Below, piece by piece: positions 18,860-27,361 of a DNA stretch of 64,000 nt. The notes under the pieces are model-generated. The model saw only the letters and a list, made by a program, of their open reading frames with translations. It was not told the DNA's origin and did not search any database. Numbering within the stretch: position 1 is the stretch's first letter; every line of letters begins with the position of its first letter. This DNA is from a phage. The stretch lies in assembly GCA_037574385.1 (NCBI GenBank), contig GCA_037574385.1_4529.1, one strand, 5' to 3'. The translations under genes were made by a program, and so were the position numbers.

Positions 18860-19279
18860 TTATGCGAAAGCAGCCGGGCTATATTTTTTAATTTGGAATT
18901 CAGGAACTACCATGAACTGACCAGCGAAAACGATGTTATAAAGCTTAACACCATCTTCTACCCAACGGTCGCTAATAAATCCGGCGATTTGCTTAGTTTT
19001 CCATGGCGTTCCATCGGTTGCCGCAGCAATAGTGAATTCGTGGTCTTTTTCAACAGAAACTGATCTGCATAGTCCCCATTTGAACGCTTTTTCTTCTGGT
19101 TCAATGAATTGGCTTGAGACGTAGCCAATGTTGCCATCAGCATCACGAACTTTAACTTGATGTGGACTAAAGAGTCCACAACTTACAGAAAGAACTTCAA
19201 CCAACTTCCCAGCAACTTTAGAGCGAGAAGCAACAGATACATATACGTAATCACCAATAGAGAGATTTGCAATATTCAT
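18860..19279 (-). CDS. hypothetical protein, member of a 3-gene tandem paralog family
   Basis: C-terminal region shares ...GFISD.WVEDG.KLYNIVF.G.F.VV... with the next two genes. Confidence 0.6.
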   Translation of the reverse strand: MNIANLSIGDYVYVSVASRSKVAGKLVEVLSVSCGLFSPHQVKVRDADGNIGYVSSQFIEPEEKAFKWGLCRSVSVEKDHEFTIAAATDGTPWKTKQIAGFISDRWVEDGVKLYNIVFAGQFMVVPEFQIKKYSPAAFA

Positions 19280-19288
19280 AATAATTCC

Positions 19289-19774
19289 TTAAGCTTTACG
19301 AGGAGACACATAACGAGTGATTTCGGATTCTTTAACAACTCTGAAGTCACCTAAGAATACGATATTGTATAACTTTTCACCATCTTCAACCCATTGGTCA
19401 CTAATGAAGCCACACATAGTATCAGTTTTGCTTGGATAACCGTATTCATCGATGAAGTCAAATTCTTTATCAGTCTGGAATTCAACGCCTTTGCAAAGGG
19501 CCCATTTGAACTGTACATTATGCTCTGTGGATTCAACTTTTTCTCTTGAAGCAAAAGCACTACTCACAGGCGTTTCCAAGAACTTTGCACGAACATAAGC
19601 AAATTTGGTTTCCTGTGTCCCAAAACTAGGAATAATACGAACCTTTACCTCAGAATCTTCATCTTTAACGCCTTCTTTAAGTTGAATACTTACAACTTCG
19701 ACCAATTTTCCTGCGGCTTTAGAACGAGATTTGTTAGATACGCGAACGATTTCACCAATAATACCAAGATTCAT
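19289..19774 (-). CDS. hypothetical protein, tandem paralog 2 (start moved to MNLGIIGEIV)
   Basis: Track N-terminus (MLYIQGWMEYNEF) is the translated promoter repeat; internal Met is the likely start. Shares the C-terminal motif. Confidence 0.6.
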   Translation of the reverse strand: MNLGIIGEIVRVSNKSRSKAAGKLVEVVSIQLKEGVKDEDSEVKVRIIPSFGTQETKFAYVRAKFLETPVSSAFASREKVESTEHNVQFKWALCKGVEFQTDKEFDFIDEYGYPSKTDTMCGFISDQWVEDGEKLYNIVFLGDFRVVKESEITRYVSPRKA

Positions 19775-19804
19775 AATTTCTCTCTCTTTGTTTAAATTGA
19801 ATTC

Positions 19805-19833
19805 ATTATACTCCATCCATCCTTGGATGTACA
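19805..19833 (-). promoter_or_regulatory. early promoter-hairpin repeat, copy with compensatory stem variant
   Basis: Minus strand TGTACA-[CATCC AAGGAT GGATG]-GAG-TATAAT; stem CATCC/GGATG where the other copies have CAACC/GGTTG. Confidence 0.55.
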
Positions 19834-19836
19834 ACA

Positions 19837-20331
19837 TTAATTAAGGATATTAACCACAGCACTACGTGGAACTACACTAAAATCACCTGCATGAACAACG
19901 TTCAGAAGTTCAACACCGTCTTCAATCCACTGGTCAGTTACCCATCCATTTACTGGACCTGCGAAAGGACGTCGAATTGAAACATATTTACACAGCAAAT
20001 CAGTAGGCTCAATAGGCTTAATCAGAGTACCGTACATACAAGCGATATCCATATCAATACAGATGTCTTTAACGGGTTCTACTTCTTCAATCAACAGTTC
20101 AAAGTCTGTGCTTGGAAGGGCGGTAGTGGAAATTGTACCATATGAATTTTTAATTTCTAAGAATAACCAAGGGCCTTCAGCTTGTTTGATGAAGTTAACA
20201 ATAGTGAAACTATTGCCTTGAGTGGCACCTAAAATTTCACAAAACTTTTCGTAAGCTCGCACTGAAGCACTGTACCAGTTGATTTGTTTTTCGTCTTTCA
20301 GGATGTAAGTAGCCGTAGTATTGATATTCAT
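19837..20331 (-). CDS. hypothetical protein, tandem paralog 3 (164 aa); positional candidate for MotB-like protein
   Basis: Shares C-terminal ...GWVTDQWIEDGVELLNVVHAGDFSVV... motif; T4 has motB in this neighbourhood; not verified. Confidence 0.55.
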   Translation of the reverse strand: MNINTTATYILKDEKQINWYSASVRAYEKFCEILGATQGNSFTIVNFIKQAEGPWLFLEIKNSYGTISTTALPSTDFELLIEEVEPVKDICIDMDIACMYGTLIKPIEPTDLLCKYVSIRRPFAGPVNGWVTDQWIEDGVELLNVVHAGDFSVVPRSAVVNILN

Positions 20332-20362
20332 AATGTTTTTCCTGTTTGGTTAAGATAGAAAG

Positions 20363-20392
20363 ATTATACTCCAACCATCCTTGGTTGTAAAC
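20363..20392 (-). promoter_or_regulatory. early promoter-hairpin repeat (TTATACTCCAACCATCCTTGGTTGTAAACTG)
   Basis: Minus strand has GTTTACA, ~17-18-nt spacer containing CAACC..GGTTG stem, TATAAT; ~30 nt upstream of the gene start. Confidence 0.55.
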
Positions 20393-20397
20393 TGATT

Positions 20398-21075
20398 TTA
20401 TCGCTGTTTTACACTTAACGGGTCAGGATTCTCAGGGACATCTTCAAGGCCAAGCGCATAACGCTGAGCATATTTTAACATCAAAATATCTTTAGCACAA
20501 TCATGAATACTATCATGGGCAATGAATCCTTTTAGCGTACCCATAGGTAATGGACACATACTTAATCCTCGCGTCAACGAGTAAGCTTCGATTGCCGTAC
20601 GAATATCGCGTTGAGCCCAGAATTTAACCGGTTCTAATTTATCAGTATCAATATCTGGTTCAAGAACACCTTCATCACGATAGAGGTCACGAATCAAATC
20701 GACCAAGATCGGGAAGTCAAAGCTCATACCACGGCACCACATCTGTGATTTCCATTGGTCAACTTTATTAGCTCGACAATAATCTAAAAAGATTTTAATG
20801 CCTTCAAGCGTAGTGACATCGTCTTCAGACGGAGCCAGGTTTTTACGTGCTTCTGCTGATTGTTCTTTCCACCATTTCATAGTGGATTTAGCGAAAACTC
20901 GCTTCCCTTTTTGAGAAGCTAAATTAAATTTAATTCGCTTACCTCGTTGAACAAGTTCTTCAAATGTTTCAACAACTTCAGGGTCCGAATTATATGCAAT
21001 AACCGCAAGGTCAATAACAGCCGCTTTTGATGTATTGCCGAATGTTTCAAAATCTATAATAACATCAGTGCTCAT
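20398..21075 (-). CDS. dexA: exonuclease A (DexA), DnaQ-like 3'-5' exonuclease
   Basis: 225 aa; N-terminal IIDFETFG exonuclease motif; size and position upstream of dda as in T4. Confidence 0.85.
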   Translation of the reverse strand: MSTDVIIDFETFGNTSKAAVIDLAVIAYNSDPEVVETFEELVQRGKRIKFNLASQKGKRVFAKSTMKWWKEQSAEARKNLAPSEDDVTTLEGIKIFLDYCRANKVDQWKSQMWCRGMSFDFPILVDLIRDLYRDEGVLEPDIDTDKLEPVKFWAQRDIRTAIEAYSLTRGLSMCPLPMGTLKGFIAHDSIHDCAKDILMLKYAQRYALGLEDVPENPDPLSVKQR

Positions 21076-21084
21076 AATTTTCTC

Positions 21085-22398
21085 TCAAATAAAATGGACG
21101 TCAAAACGACCACGAGTCGTGCCGACATACAATAACTGTTTAGCTAATTCTGAATCGGCATAATGGATACAAGGTGTATAAACAAAGGCTGTGTCAACAG
21201 ACATACCCTGAGCCTTATGGAAGGTTGATACTGGTAGTGCCTTCACCTTAGTGAACATACGTTTAGCATCCCAGAATTCGCTCCATGGAGCTTTACCACC
21301 TTTATTCCAGAATTTGTATGTTTCTGCAGTCTTAGCCAAAAACAAATTGAATTTATAAAGCTCTTCTTCAGAAGAAATAACCTTTATATCTTCGCGGATG
21401 TATTCTTCATCATCCCCATATGTTTCTACTGTAAGATTCCAGTATCGTATCATATACTCGCCAGAAACACCACGTGCTTTAACGAATGTAGACGTTTCTA
21501 CAGCATCTCGAATACGAACGAATTGCCCGTTATTGAAAAGCATTTCGGTCATATTTTTGCCATCTAGCTTATATGTCTTAGTAAATGGCTCTTGTAGAAC
21601 AATGACCTCGTCTTTAATAAATGGCTTTTCTGTTTCAAGAAGTTTTCGGCGAATAATTGAATTCAACTTATCCACCGACTTATTTGTGAATGCCATCATT
21701 CGATTTTCGAAAAGGTCTTCAGGAGTTTTAACGACGTTAAAATAGTTCATCATATACGATTTAAGGTCTGTATATCCATGAACACCGTGCCCATCAACTA
21801 CTTTATCATAAATCCATTTGCCATTACGAATATCGGTCGCAACATCAATAATTGGTGCATTGCTACGTTTAACTTCTGTAAGGTTGCATTGCACGAAGTC
21901 TTTGTGAGTGAAGAAAGGACTTAGATACGCAGTTGATTCGCCGGGGTCCACTGGACGAATCTGACATCGGTCACCAATTCCAATTACTGTACACCATTTA
22001 GGGATACTAGCTAACATTATTTTAAACAGAGAACGGTCACACATTGACGCTTCATCAAATAACAGTACACGACACAAGGCTAAGTCGGGAACCTTTTTCT
22101 GTTCAAATAATACGTTTTCTTCGTATGTAGTTGGGTTGATTTTAAGAATGCTATGAATAGTCGATGCTTCTTGTCCAGCAAGTTTGCTTAGAACCTTTTT
22201 AGCAGCGTGTGTTGGTGCTGCTAAAATAATACCTGATTCTCCAGAAGAAATAAGGGCTTCAACGATGAATCTAGTAAGGGTTGTTTTACCTGTACCCGCA
22301 GGTCCATTAATAGTTACGTGATGTTTCTTTTCTTTAATAGCTTTCATAACAACGTTGAAGGCGTTTTTCTGGCCTTCAGTCAAGTCATCAAATGTCAT
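21085..22398 (-). CDS. dda: Dda DNA helicase (SF1)
   Basis: 437 aa; Walker A INGPAGTGKTT; matches T4 Dda in length and order. Confidence 0.9.
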   Translation of the reverse strand: MTFDDLTEGQKNAFNVVMKAIKEKKHHVTINGPAGTGKTTLTRFIVEALISSGESGIILAAPTHAAKKVLSKLAGQEASTIHSILKINPTTYEENVLFEQKKVPDLALCRVLLFDEASMCDRSLFKIMLASIPKWCTVIGIGDRCQIRPVDPGESTAYLSPFFTHKDFVQCNLTEVKRSNAPIIDVATDIRNGKWIYDKVVDGHGVHGYTDLKSYMMNYFNVVKTPEDLFENRMMAFTNKSVDKLNSIIRRKLLETEKPFIKDEVIVLQEPFTKTYKLDGKNMTEMLFNNGQFVRIRDAVETSTFVKARGVSGEYMIRYWNLTVETYGDDEEYIREDIKVISSEEELYKFNLFLAKTAETYKFWNKGGKAPWSEFWDAKRMFTKVKALPVSTFHKAQGMSVDTAFVYTPCIHYADSELAKQLLYVGTTRGRFDVHFI

Positions 22399-22706
22399 CG
22401 TAAAGTCCCTGCAATTGGAATACTAACAATACGGCCAGTATCTAGAATTCGTTGATACAATCTTTGCGTCTCTGCATCTAGTTTAACGTGTTTCATTTCA
22501 AGCTTATTAAACCAGAACTTACGCGGAGTTTCGACCATTCTTAGAACTCCCATTTTTAAATCTGTTTTATACTGTGTTTTCAAAGTATCGAAAACTTTAT
22601 CTGCAATATCCTTTCTAAAAAATACTGCAGGACGATATTCATCAAGAGGAACCGGGACAGTAAATCCTTCCATATCTCGATAAACTATTGCATATACATA
22701 AACCAT
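22395..22706 (-). CDS. dda.1-like small protein (103 aa)
   Basis: ORF overlapping the dda start by 4 nt. Confidence 0.55.
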   Translation of the reverse strand: MVYVYAIVYRDMEGFTVPVPLDEYRPAVFFRKDIADKVFDTLKTQYKTDLKMGVLRMVETPRKFWFNKLEMKHVKLDAETQRLYQRILDTGRIVSIPIAGTLR

Positions 22707-22708
22707 AA

Positions 22709-23455
22709 TTAACCTTTAACCAATTGGAATAATGATGCGCTAAGTGGTAAGCCACGTTTCAATTTTAATTTACCAATGAAACCAATCTTTTCAAAACGTT
22801 GCAAACCTTGGATAACTTTATCATATGTATCGAAAAGCGATTCAGCGTCAGTTAATTTAGTTTTAGTTTTCCAGTCAGAGCCTTTAAGAAGAACGTTGAG
22901 TTTAGTAAGTTCATGGCCTTCTGCTTGGTGTGAACCATTAATGCGTGCTTTCAAAGCAACAATTCTAAGTTTAGATTCGTTAGATAAAGGTTGATTTTTC
23001 ATCATGTTCGCCATATGCTTAACACGATTTTCACGTTTTGCTCGGATTTTTAAAATAGTACCATAAACCTTTTTAATTTGGGCCCATTTCTTCTCGTCGA
23101 GATTAAGTTTCTCTACTTTACGGACAGAAGGATTAGCGATACGTCTTGCAATGGCATCACGTTTCTCAATAAGTTCTTCTAATGTTAAATCAGAACGAGC
23201 CGTGTTATATTTTTTCTTAACTGGGATAACATTACCTTTAATGTAGCCGATATCGTTATCAAAACGTTCTAAGGATAATTTCTCACCTTCAACAGAGTTA
23301 TTGAAAGATTCACCTGAGTAAGCGCAGACCTTTTGATCAAGAATGTTTTTAAGGTAATTAAAGTCTAAGTTAAAATCCTTAGAGCGTCTCTTCGCAGAAG
23401 CTCTGGTGTGGTCAAGACGACGATTGATTTTGTTAATTTTATTATTTGATAACAT
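22709..23455 (-). CDS. srd: Srd-like protein (sigma-related, host transcription modulation)
   Basis: 248 aa basic protein at the T4 srd position (between mod genes and dda); size matches. Assignment by synteny. Confidence 0.5.
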   Translation of the reverse strand: MLSNNKINKINRRLDHTRASAKRRSKDFNLDFNYLKNILDQKVCAYSGESFNNSVEGEKLSLERFDNDIGYIKGNVIPVKKKYNTARSDLTLEELIEKRDAIARRIANPSVRKVEKLNLDEKKWAQIKKVYGTILKIRAKRENRVKHMANMMKNQPLSNESKLRIVALKARINGSHQAEGHELTKLNVLLKGSDWKTKTKLTDAESLFDTYDKVIQGLQRFEKIGFIGKLKLKRGLPLSASLFQLVKG

Positions 23456-23608
23456 AATATTTTCCTCTGTCTTACGGACGTTAGGTCATTTAGCTGATAA
23501 GCTTATAATATCATGCCCTCAGGTAGTGTACACTCTTTTTTTCGTAAAATGCTTTAATTTTTTATGTGTTATAATGGTTCTGAGTTCCATCCGGTTATTC
23601 CAATCCAG

Positions 23609-24217
23609 TCAGTAACTGACAATAGTCAGATTCCAGATTGTATAATTTCCATCTTGAATAATAGAATCTACACGCAGTGTAGTCCCTATAGGGAGCATAA
23701 ATTCACATTCGTCAGATATAAGTCTAGCATTAGACCGTCTTGTCGCTTCAGGGAAAGCTCCATTGAACTCACAAGACGGCGCAGCCAGAATCATATTAAG
23801 CATATGTTCACGGAAGTTGAAAGCAAATGGTGCATCTTTGATGCAGAACATATTAAATGTTCCATAAAAATTATATGAAGCAAAGTTACGTGCTACACCG
23901 AACACCGGGCTGAAGCTCATTACTCTGTCAAATTTAATAATACTACCAACGCCTTTATCATCAAGTGTGGCCATAGTTTTCTTAGAGATTCCACGATACA
24001 TTGTCTCAGGAACAGAAGACGACCAATTTCTACGAACAATTGCACTTAAATCTTGTTGGATGCTATCAGGCTTGTTTTCCATACACTGCCACAGTATACT
24101 TTGTTCAATGTCGCTGAATTGACTATCAATTTCGTACTGCAATACATCTTGATATTCGGGGTTTTGAGCACGACGAACCATTTCTTCAATTTCACACTCG
24201 TTATACGGCATAAACAT
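23609..24217 (-). CDS. ADP-ribosyltransferase, ModA/ModB family
   Basis: 202 aa; spaced R (YRGIS), S-x-S (MSFS) and E (ECEFMLP) elements; T4 ModA/ModB are ~200 aa at this locus. Confidence 0.6.
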   Translation of the reverse strand: MFMPYNECEIEEMVRRAQNPEYQDVLQYEIDSQFSDIEQSILWQCMENKPDSIQQDLSAIVRRNWSSSVPETMYRGISKKTMATLDDKGVGSIIKFDRVMSFSPVFGVARNFASYNFYGTFNMFCIKDAPFAFNFREHMLNMILAAPSCEFNGAFPEATRRSNARLISDECEFMLPIGTTLRVDSIIQDGNYTIWNLTIVSY

Positions 24218-24274
24218 TTAGGTTTCTCCTGTGGTTGATAAAGGTATAGTATCATCGTCGGTAGAGTTTGTACA

Positions 24275-24409
24275 CTAAAAATTCAACATTTTCAAATGAA
24301 TGATTTTGTATAATCGAGATAAAGGGTCATATTCTAAGTCTTCAATTTCCACAATCTCAAATCTAGAGATACTTGAGACCATGTACTCTTGTTCAGATTG
24401 ACATGTCAT
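24275..24409 (-). CDS. possible small protein (~44 aa, below threshold)
   Basis: GGAGG 6 nt upstream of ATG; hand translation MTCQSEQEYMVSSISRFEIVEIEDLEYDPLSRLYKIIHLKMLNF. Confidence 0.35.
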   Translation of the reverse strand: MTCQSEQEYMVSSISRFEIVEIEDLEYDPLSRLYKIIHLKMLNF

Positions 24410-24806
24410 GATAGACCTCCATTTAAAGATAAGCCTATCATAACACGAGAGGAGGGAATGTAAACTACTTTTTAAGCTTTCCGACTAAAGGTCCATCAGG
24501 GCCAGGTTGTTCTAACATGAATGGTGATGCTTTAAGAAGCAATGCCAACCCTTTCACCATTCGATACCATATCTCAAAGTCCTTTTTCTTGGTTTCCACT
24601 AAGAATTGCTCTTTCAAATGCTCTTTCATTTCCAAGGACTCCACGGTGGTGGGTCGTCATAATAAGAGGCAAGGTCTTTCAGGGCTTCAACAGGTAAACT
24701 AAAGCCATGTCGTTGTATAATACTATCTAGTTCATCAACAAGTTCACTACGATGCACTTTAGGAGCCTCAACTTCAGGCTCATCAAACATACTCATCAAG
24801 TCCATA

Positions 24807-25271
24807 TTATTCACCAAGATAAAAACTAGCCGGTTCAGAGAATGTTTCTAGTGCTACACCTTTTGTCTTAAAAAATTTCCAAATAGCTCGTTGCAAATGG
24901 GTTAAATCTGCTAATGATGTAATAAAGTATTTTTTGGCAAAATACTTATGGTCTCGCTTTTCAAACAGGTCTAAACGCTTTTCAGGATTCACATAAACGG
25001 CATTTTCTGTAGATTCATACCCTAAATCCTTTATGCCTTCTTCAAGACTAAACGGAGAATTTTTAGAATGAGTAATAGCTCCAACTCGCTCTACACGAAT
25101 TTTGTAACCTTTAGGAATCTGCAATTTGCAGAATTCTTCTACGATATATTGCGGATTATTTAGACTTTTGTTAATGAGAATAGCTATTTCTAGCGGAGTC
25201 TTATCTTCTACTGGTATATGTTTAAACGACTTGGCTTCAAGCAAATACATTTTAAATAGCATAGCATCCAT
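24807..25271 (-). CDS. hypothetical early protein (154 aa)
   Basis: ORF in operon orientation between mod and soc. Confidence 0.55.
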   Translation of the reverse strand: MDAMLFKMYLLEAKSFKHIPVEDKTPLEIAILINKSLNNPQYIVEEFCKLQIPKGYKIRVERVGAITHSKNSPFSLEEGIKDLGYESTENAVYVNPEKRLDLFEKRDHKYFAKKYFITSLADLTHLQRAIWKFFKTKGVALETFSEPASFYLGE

Positions 25272-25477
25272 TATAATTTCCTCAATGGTTCACCCATATA
25301 AAGTTTTACAATACGTTCGCCTTCATCTTCGACGAGCTTTTCTTCATGTTTCTGGAATTCTTTAGCCATATTCTCTTCAAGAACATCCAGCCAATCTTCT
25401 GGACCGACTCCATCATTCAAGCTTTTAAACCATTTTACTATTCTGTTCATTCGCAGCTCCCTGAGCTTGAACCACAA
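25271..25477 (-). CDS. hypothetical early protein (68 aa)
   Basis: ORF with start/stop coupling to neighbour. Confidence 0.5.
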   Translation of the reverse strand: MWFKLRELRMNRIVKWFKSLNDGVGPEDWLDVLEENMAKEFQKHEEKLVEDEGERIVKLYMGEPLRKL

Positions 25478-25770
25478 TCAGAATAACTTGACCCAGAATC
25501 ACCAGGCCAAGACGATACGTATGAATGATTATAACTTGAAGAGCTTGAAGCATTAACCTGTTTTGTTTTTGGACGAATAACTTCTTCCATCATTCCGTCA
25601 CCGATATATTCCCAACTTTTTTCGTGTGTATCAGGAATAGGCATCATACCTTCGCCTGGTTTAACAGCAAATAACTTCTTCAGTATCGTAAGCATTAATT
25701 GTTCCTCGAACAAAACGAACACCACCATCATCCCAACGGATTTCGGCATTAAATTTGACGTCTTCACCAT
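25447..25770 (-). CDS. hypothetical protein with Ser-rich C-terminal tail (start probably internal Met near 25647)
   Basis: C-terminus ...NASSSSSYNHSYVSSWPGDSGSSYSDCGSSSGSCE; track start overlaps upstream ORF. Confidence 0.4.
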   Translation of the reverse strand: MVKTSNLMPKSVGMMVVFVLFEEQLMLTILKKLFAVKPGEGMMPIPDTHEKSWEYIGDGMMEEVIRPKTKQVNASSSSSYNHSYVSSWPGDSGSSYSDCGSSSGSCE

Positions 25771-25888
25771 CCATCATGAATGAGTGTACGACTACATCAT
25801 CGTAATATCCAAGACCGTATTTCAACGAAACTTCTTGAGCAATCAAAGCACCTAATGTGTTATTAGGTTTAATCCAACGATTTAACAT
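25661..25888 (-). CDS. hypothetical early protein (75 aa)
   Basis: ORF in operon orientation upstream of Ser-rich ORF. Confidence 0.5.
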   Translation of the reverse strand: MLNRWIKPNNTLGALIAQEVSLKYGLGYYDDVVVHSFMMDGEDVKFNAEIRWDDGGVRFVRGTINAYDTEEVICC

Positions 25889-25964
25889 ATTGTTCTCCTC
25901 TTGAGTAGGTAAGAATATCTTAACACAGTTTTTAGTGGTTGTAAACTCTAGAAACGAAAAAAAA

Positions 25965-25986
25965 AAGGAATCCCGAAGGATTCCTT
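25965..25986 (-). terminator. rho-independent terminator after soc
   Basis: Minus-strand RNA AAGGAAUCC-UUCG-GGAUUCCUU followed by U9. Confidence 0.7.
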
Positions 25987-25993
25987 AAATTAT

Positions 25994-26230
25994 TTAACCG
26001 CTTACTGGTGTAGGGGTAAACATTGCGGCGTTCTTAGTTTTCCAAGTTGCTGCATCAGAAACGACATCAGAATAAGCTGCCTTTTCTGATGGAAAGATTT
26101 GGTAATGAGAATCTGCAATCCGATGTTCGTTTGAATAAATCTCAAACGGAACAGAAACTTCCATACCTTTAACTTCTTTACCTTCACCAGCTGGATGCGT
26201 GAAGGTTTTGATATTAACGAAACCACCCAT
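25994..26230 (-). CDS. soc: small outer capsid protein Soc
   Basis: 78 aa; ...VNIKTF......KEV.GMEVSVPF.IYS..H.I...HYQIFPSEKAAYS.V... matches T4 Soc. Confidence 0.9.
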   Translation of the reverse strand: MGGFVNIKTFTHPAGEGKEVKGMEVSVPFEIYSNEHRIADSHYQIFPSEKAAYSDVVSDAATWKTKNAAMFTPTPVSG

Positions 26231-26261
26231 AATAAACTCCTTTGTTGTTTAATTACAGGTG

Positions 26262-26269
26262 TATTTATA
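26262..26269 (-). promoter_or_regulatory. late promoter TATAAATA upstream of soc
   Basis: Plus-strand TATTTATA = minus-strand TATAAATA ~32 nt upstream of soc ATG. Confidence 0.6.
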
Positions 26270-26271
26270 AC

Positions 26272-26553
26272 TTACAATTTAGCAGCTTGGACTGCTTTAT
26301 TGGCTTCAGTCATTTTAGCTAGATTTTCAGCAGTAGGATTAGCAATGTATTCGGCTGTAGCTTGAGCAAAAACATTATGAGTTTCGATTACATTTTTAGC
26401 ATTTTCAGTATTCATATCAATTTCTTGTTTAGATAAATTTTTTAGTTGATTGGCTAAGAGTTCTACAAAGATTTCAACATTAGCGTTTTCAATTATAGCA
26501 TTAATATGCTTCTTACGAGCTTTCTTAAGCTGACGTTTATTTAAACGAGACAT
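26272..26553 (-). CDS. hypothetical protein (93 aa)
   Basis: ORF between 56 and soc. Confidence 0.5.
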   Translation of the reverse strand: MSRLNKRQLKKARKKHINAIIENANVEIFVELLANQLKNLSKQEIDMNTENAKNVIETHNVFAQATAEYIANPTAENLAKMTEANKAVQAAKL

Positions 26554-27089
26554 TAATAACCTCGGTCCTGACGAGCAAAGTTCTCGGCGTTTTTCAGGTA
26601 ATACAGTTTAAAGATTTCTTCTGCAGTCAGTCCAAGGCCATGGAACATATTCAGAACAAAGTGGAGGATATCAATCATTTCGAATTTAATTTCGAGCTGG
26701 TCTTCAGGAGACAACTCATCAATACGACGATTACGGAATTCAGCATGTTGTACTTTCCAAGGCTTCCATACACTGCTGGCAGCTTTTTCACCATTGCTCA
26801 TACCACCAAGTGAAGTCAGCAGTTCACGGAATTCATCATCAATATAATCTTTCTGATTACGCAGCCAATCAACAACATCGCCAGCAGTGGCCAATTCATC
26901 AGGATGTTTGTTATGTTCAGGCTTGTCATTTGCCAGACGAACCTGTAAAGATTTCTGCATATCAAGCATAACTTGCAGTGGGTCTTTATCTTCGTGAATC
27001 AGAGCATTAAAATAAGCTTCTTCTGCTTTATCAACACCAGAAATAAGTTGTGAACATTCGTTAAAGTGTGCCATTATTTTTCCTTTCAA
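26553..27089 (-). CDS. 56: dCTPase/dUTPase gp56 (MazG-like); probable start at MAHFNEC (~27074)
   Basis: ...MAHFNEC..LI.GVDKA......DPLQVMLDMQ..LQ.RLAN......DVV.W.R.QKD.IDDEFRELLTSLG...EIFKLYYLKN.ENFARQDRGY matches T4 gp56. Confidence 0.85.
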   Translation of the reverse strand: MKGKIMAHFNECSQLISGVDKAEEAYFNALIHEDKDPLQVMLDMQKSLQVRLANDKPEHNKHPDELATAGDVVDWLRNQKDYIDDEFRELLTSLGGMSNGEKAASSVWKPWKVQHAEFRNRRIDELSPEDQLEIKFEMIDILHFVLNMFHGLGLTAEEIFKLYYLKNAENFARQDRGY

Positions 27090-27163
27090 TTCAGTAATAA
27101 GTGAGTTAATTCTAACATTAATTTTATAAAGCGTAATAAATAATAGGTAACTAAGGAGATATT

Positions 27164-27361
27164 ATGTTTAAACTTCCATCGTTAATCAACGCTATTAAAG
27201 GCAATAAAAAGAAAACTGCTATCGCTGCAATAGTTGTAGGCGGCATTATTTCATGGAACTTCGGGATTGCACCATTGTTAGTTGCCCATGGTGTTATAGT
27301 TCCTTCTGTTCCATTGGATACTGTAGTTGATTTGGCCTTTGCTATTATAGGGCTTGTTTAA
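27164..27361 (+). CDS. small membrane protein (65 aa), lone plus-strand gene between 56 and 61
   Basis: AGGAG 6 nt upstream of ATG; KKK then hydrophobic TM stretch; only plus-strand ORF with a good RBS in this early region. Confidence 0.45.
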   Translation: MFKLPSLINAIKGNKKKTAIAAIVVGGIISWNFGIAPLLVAHGVIVPSVPLDTVVDLAFAIIGLV

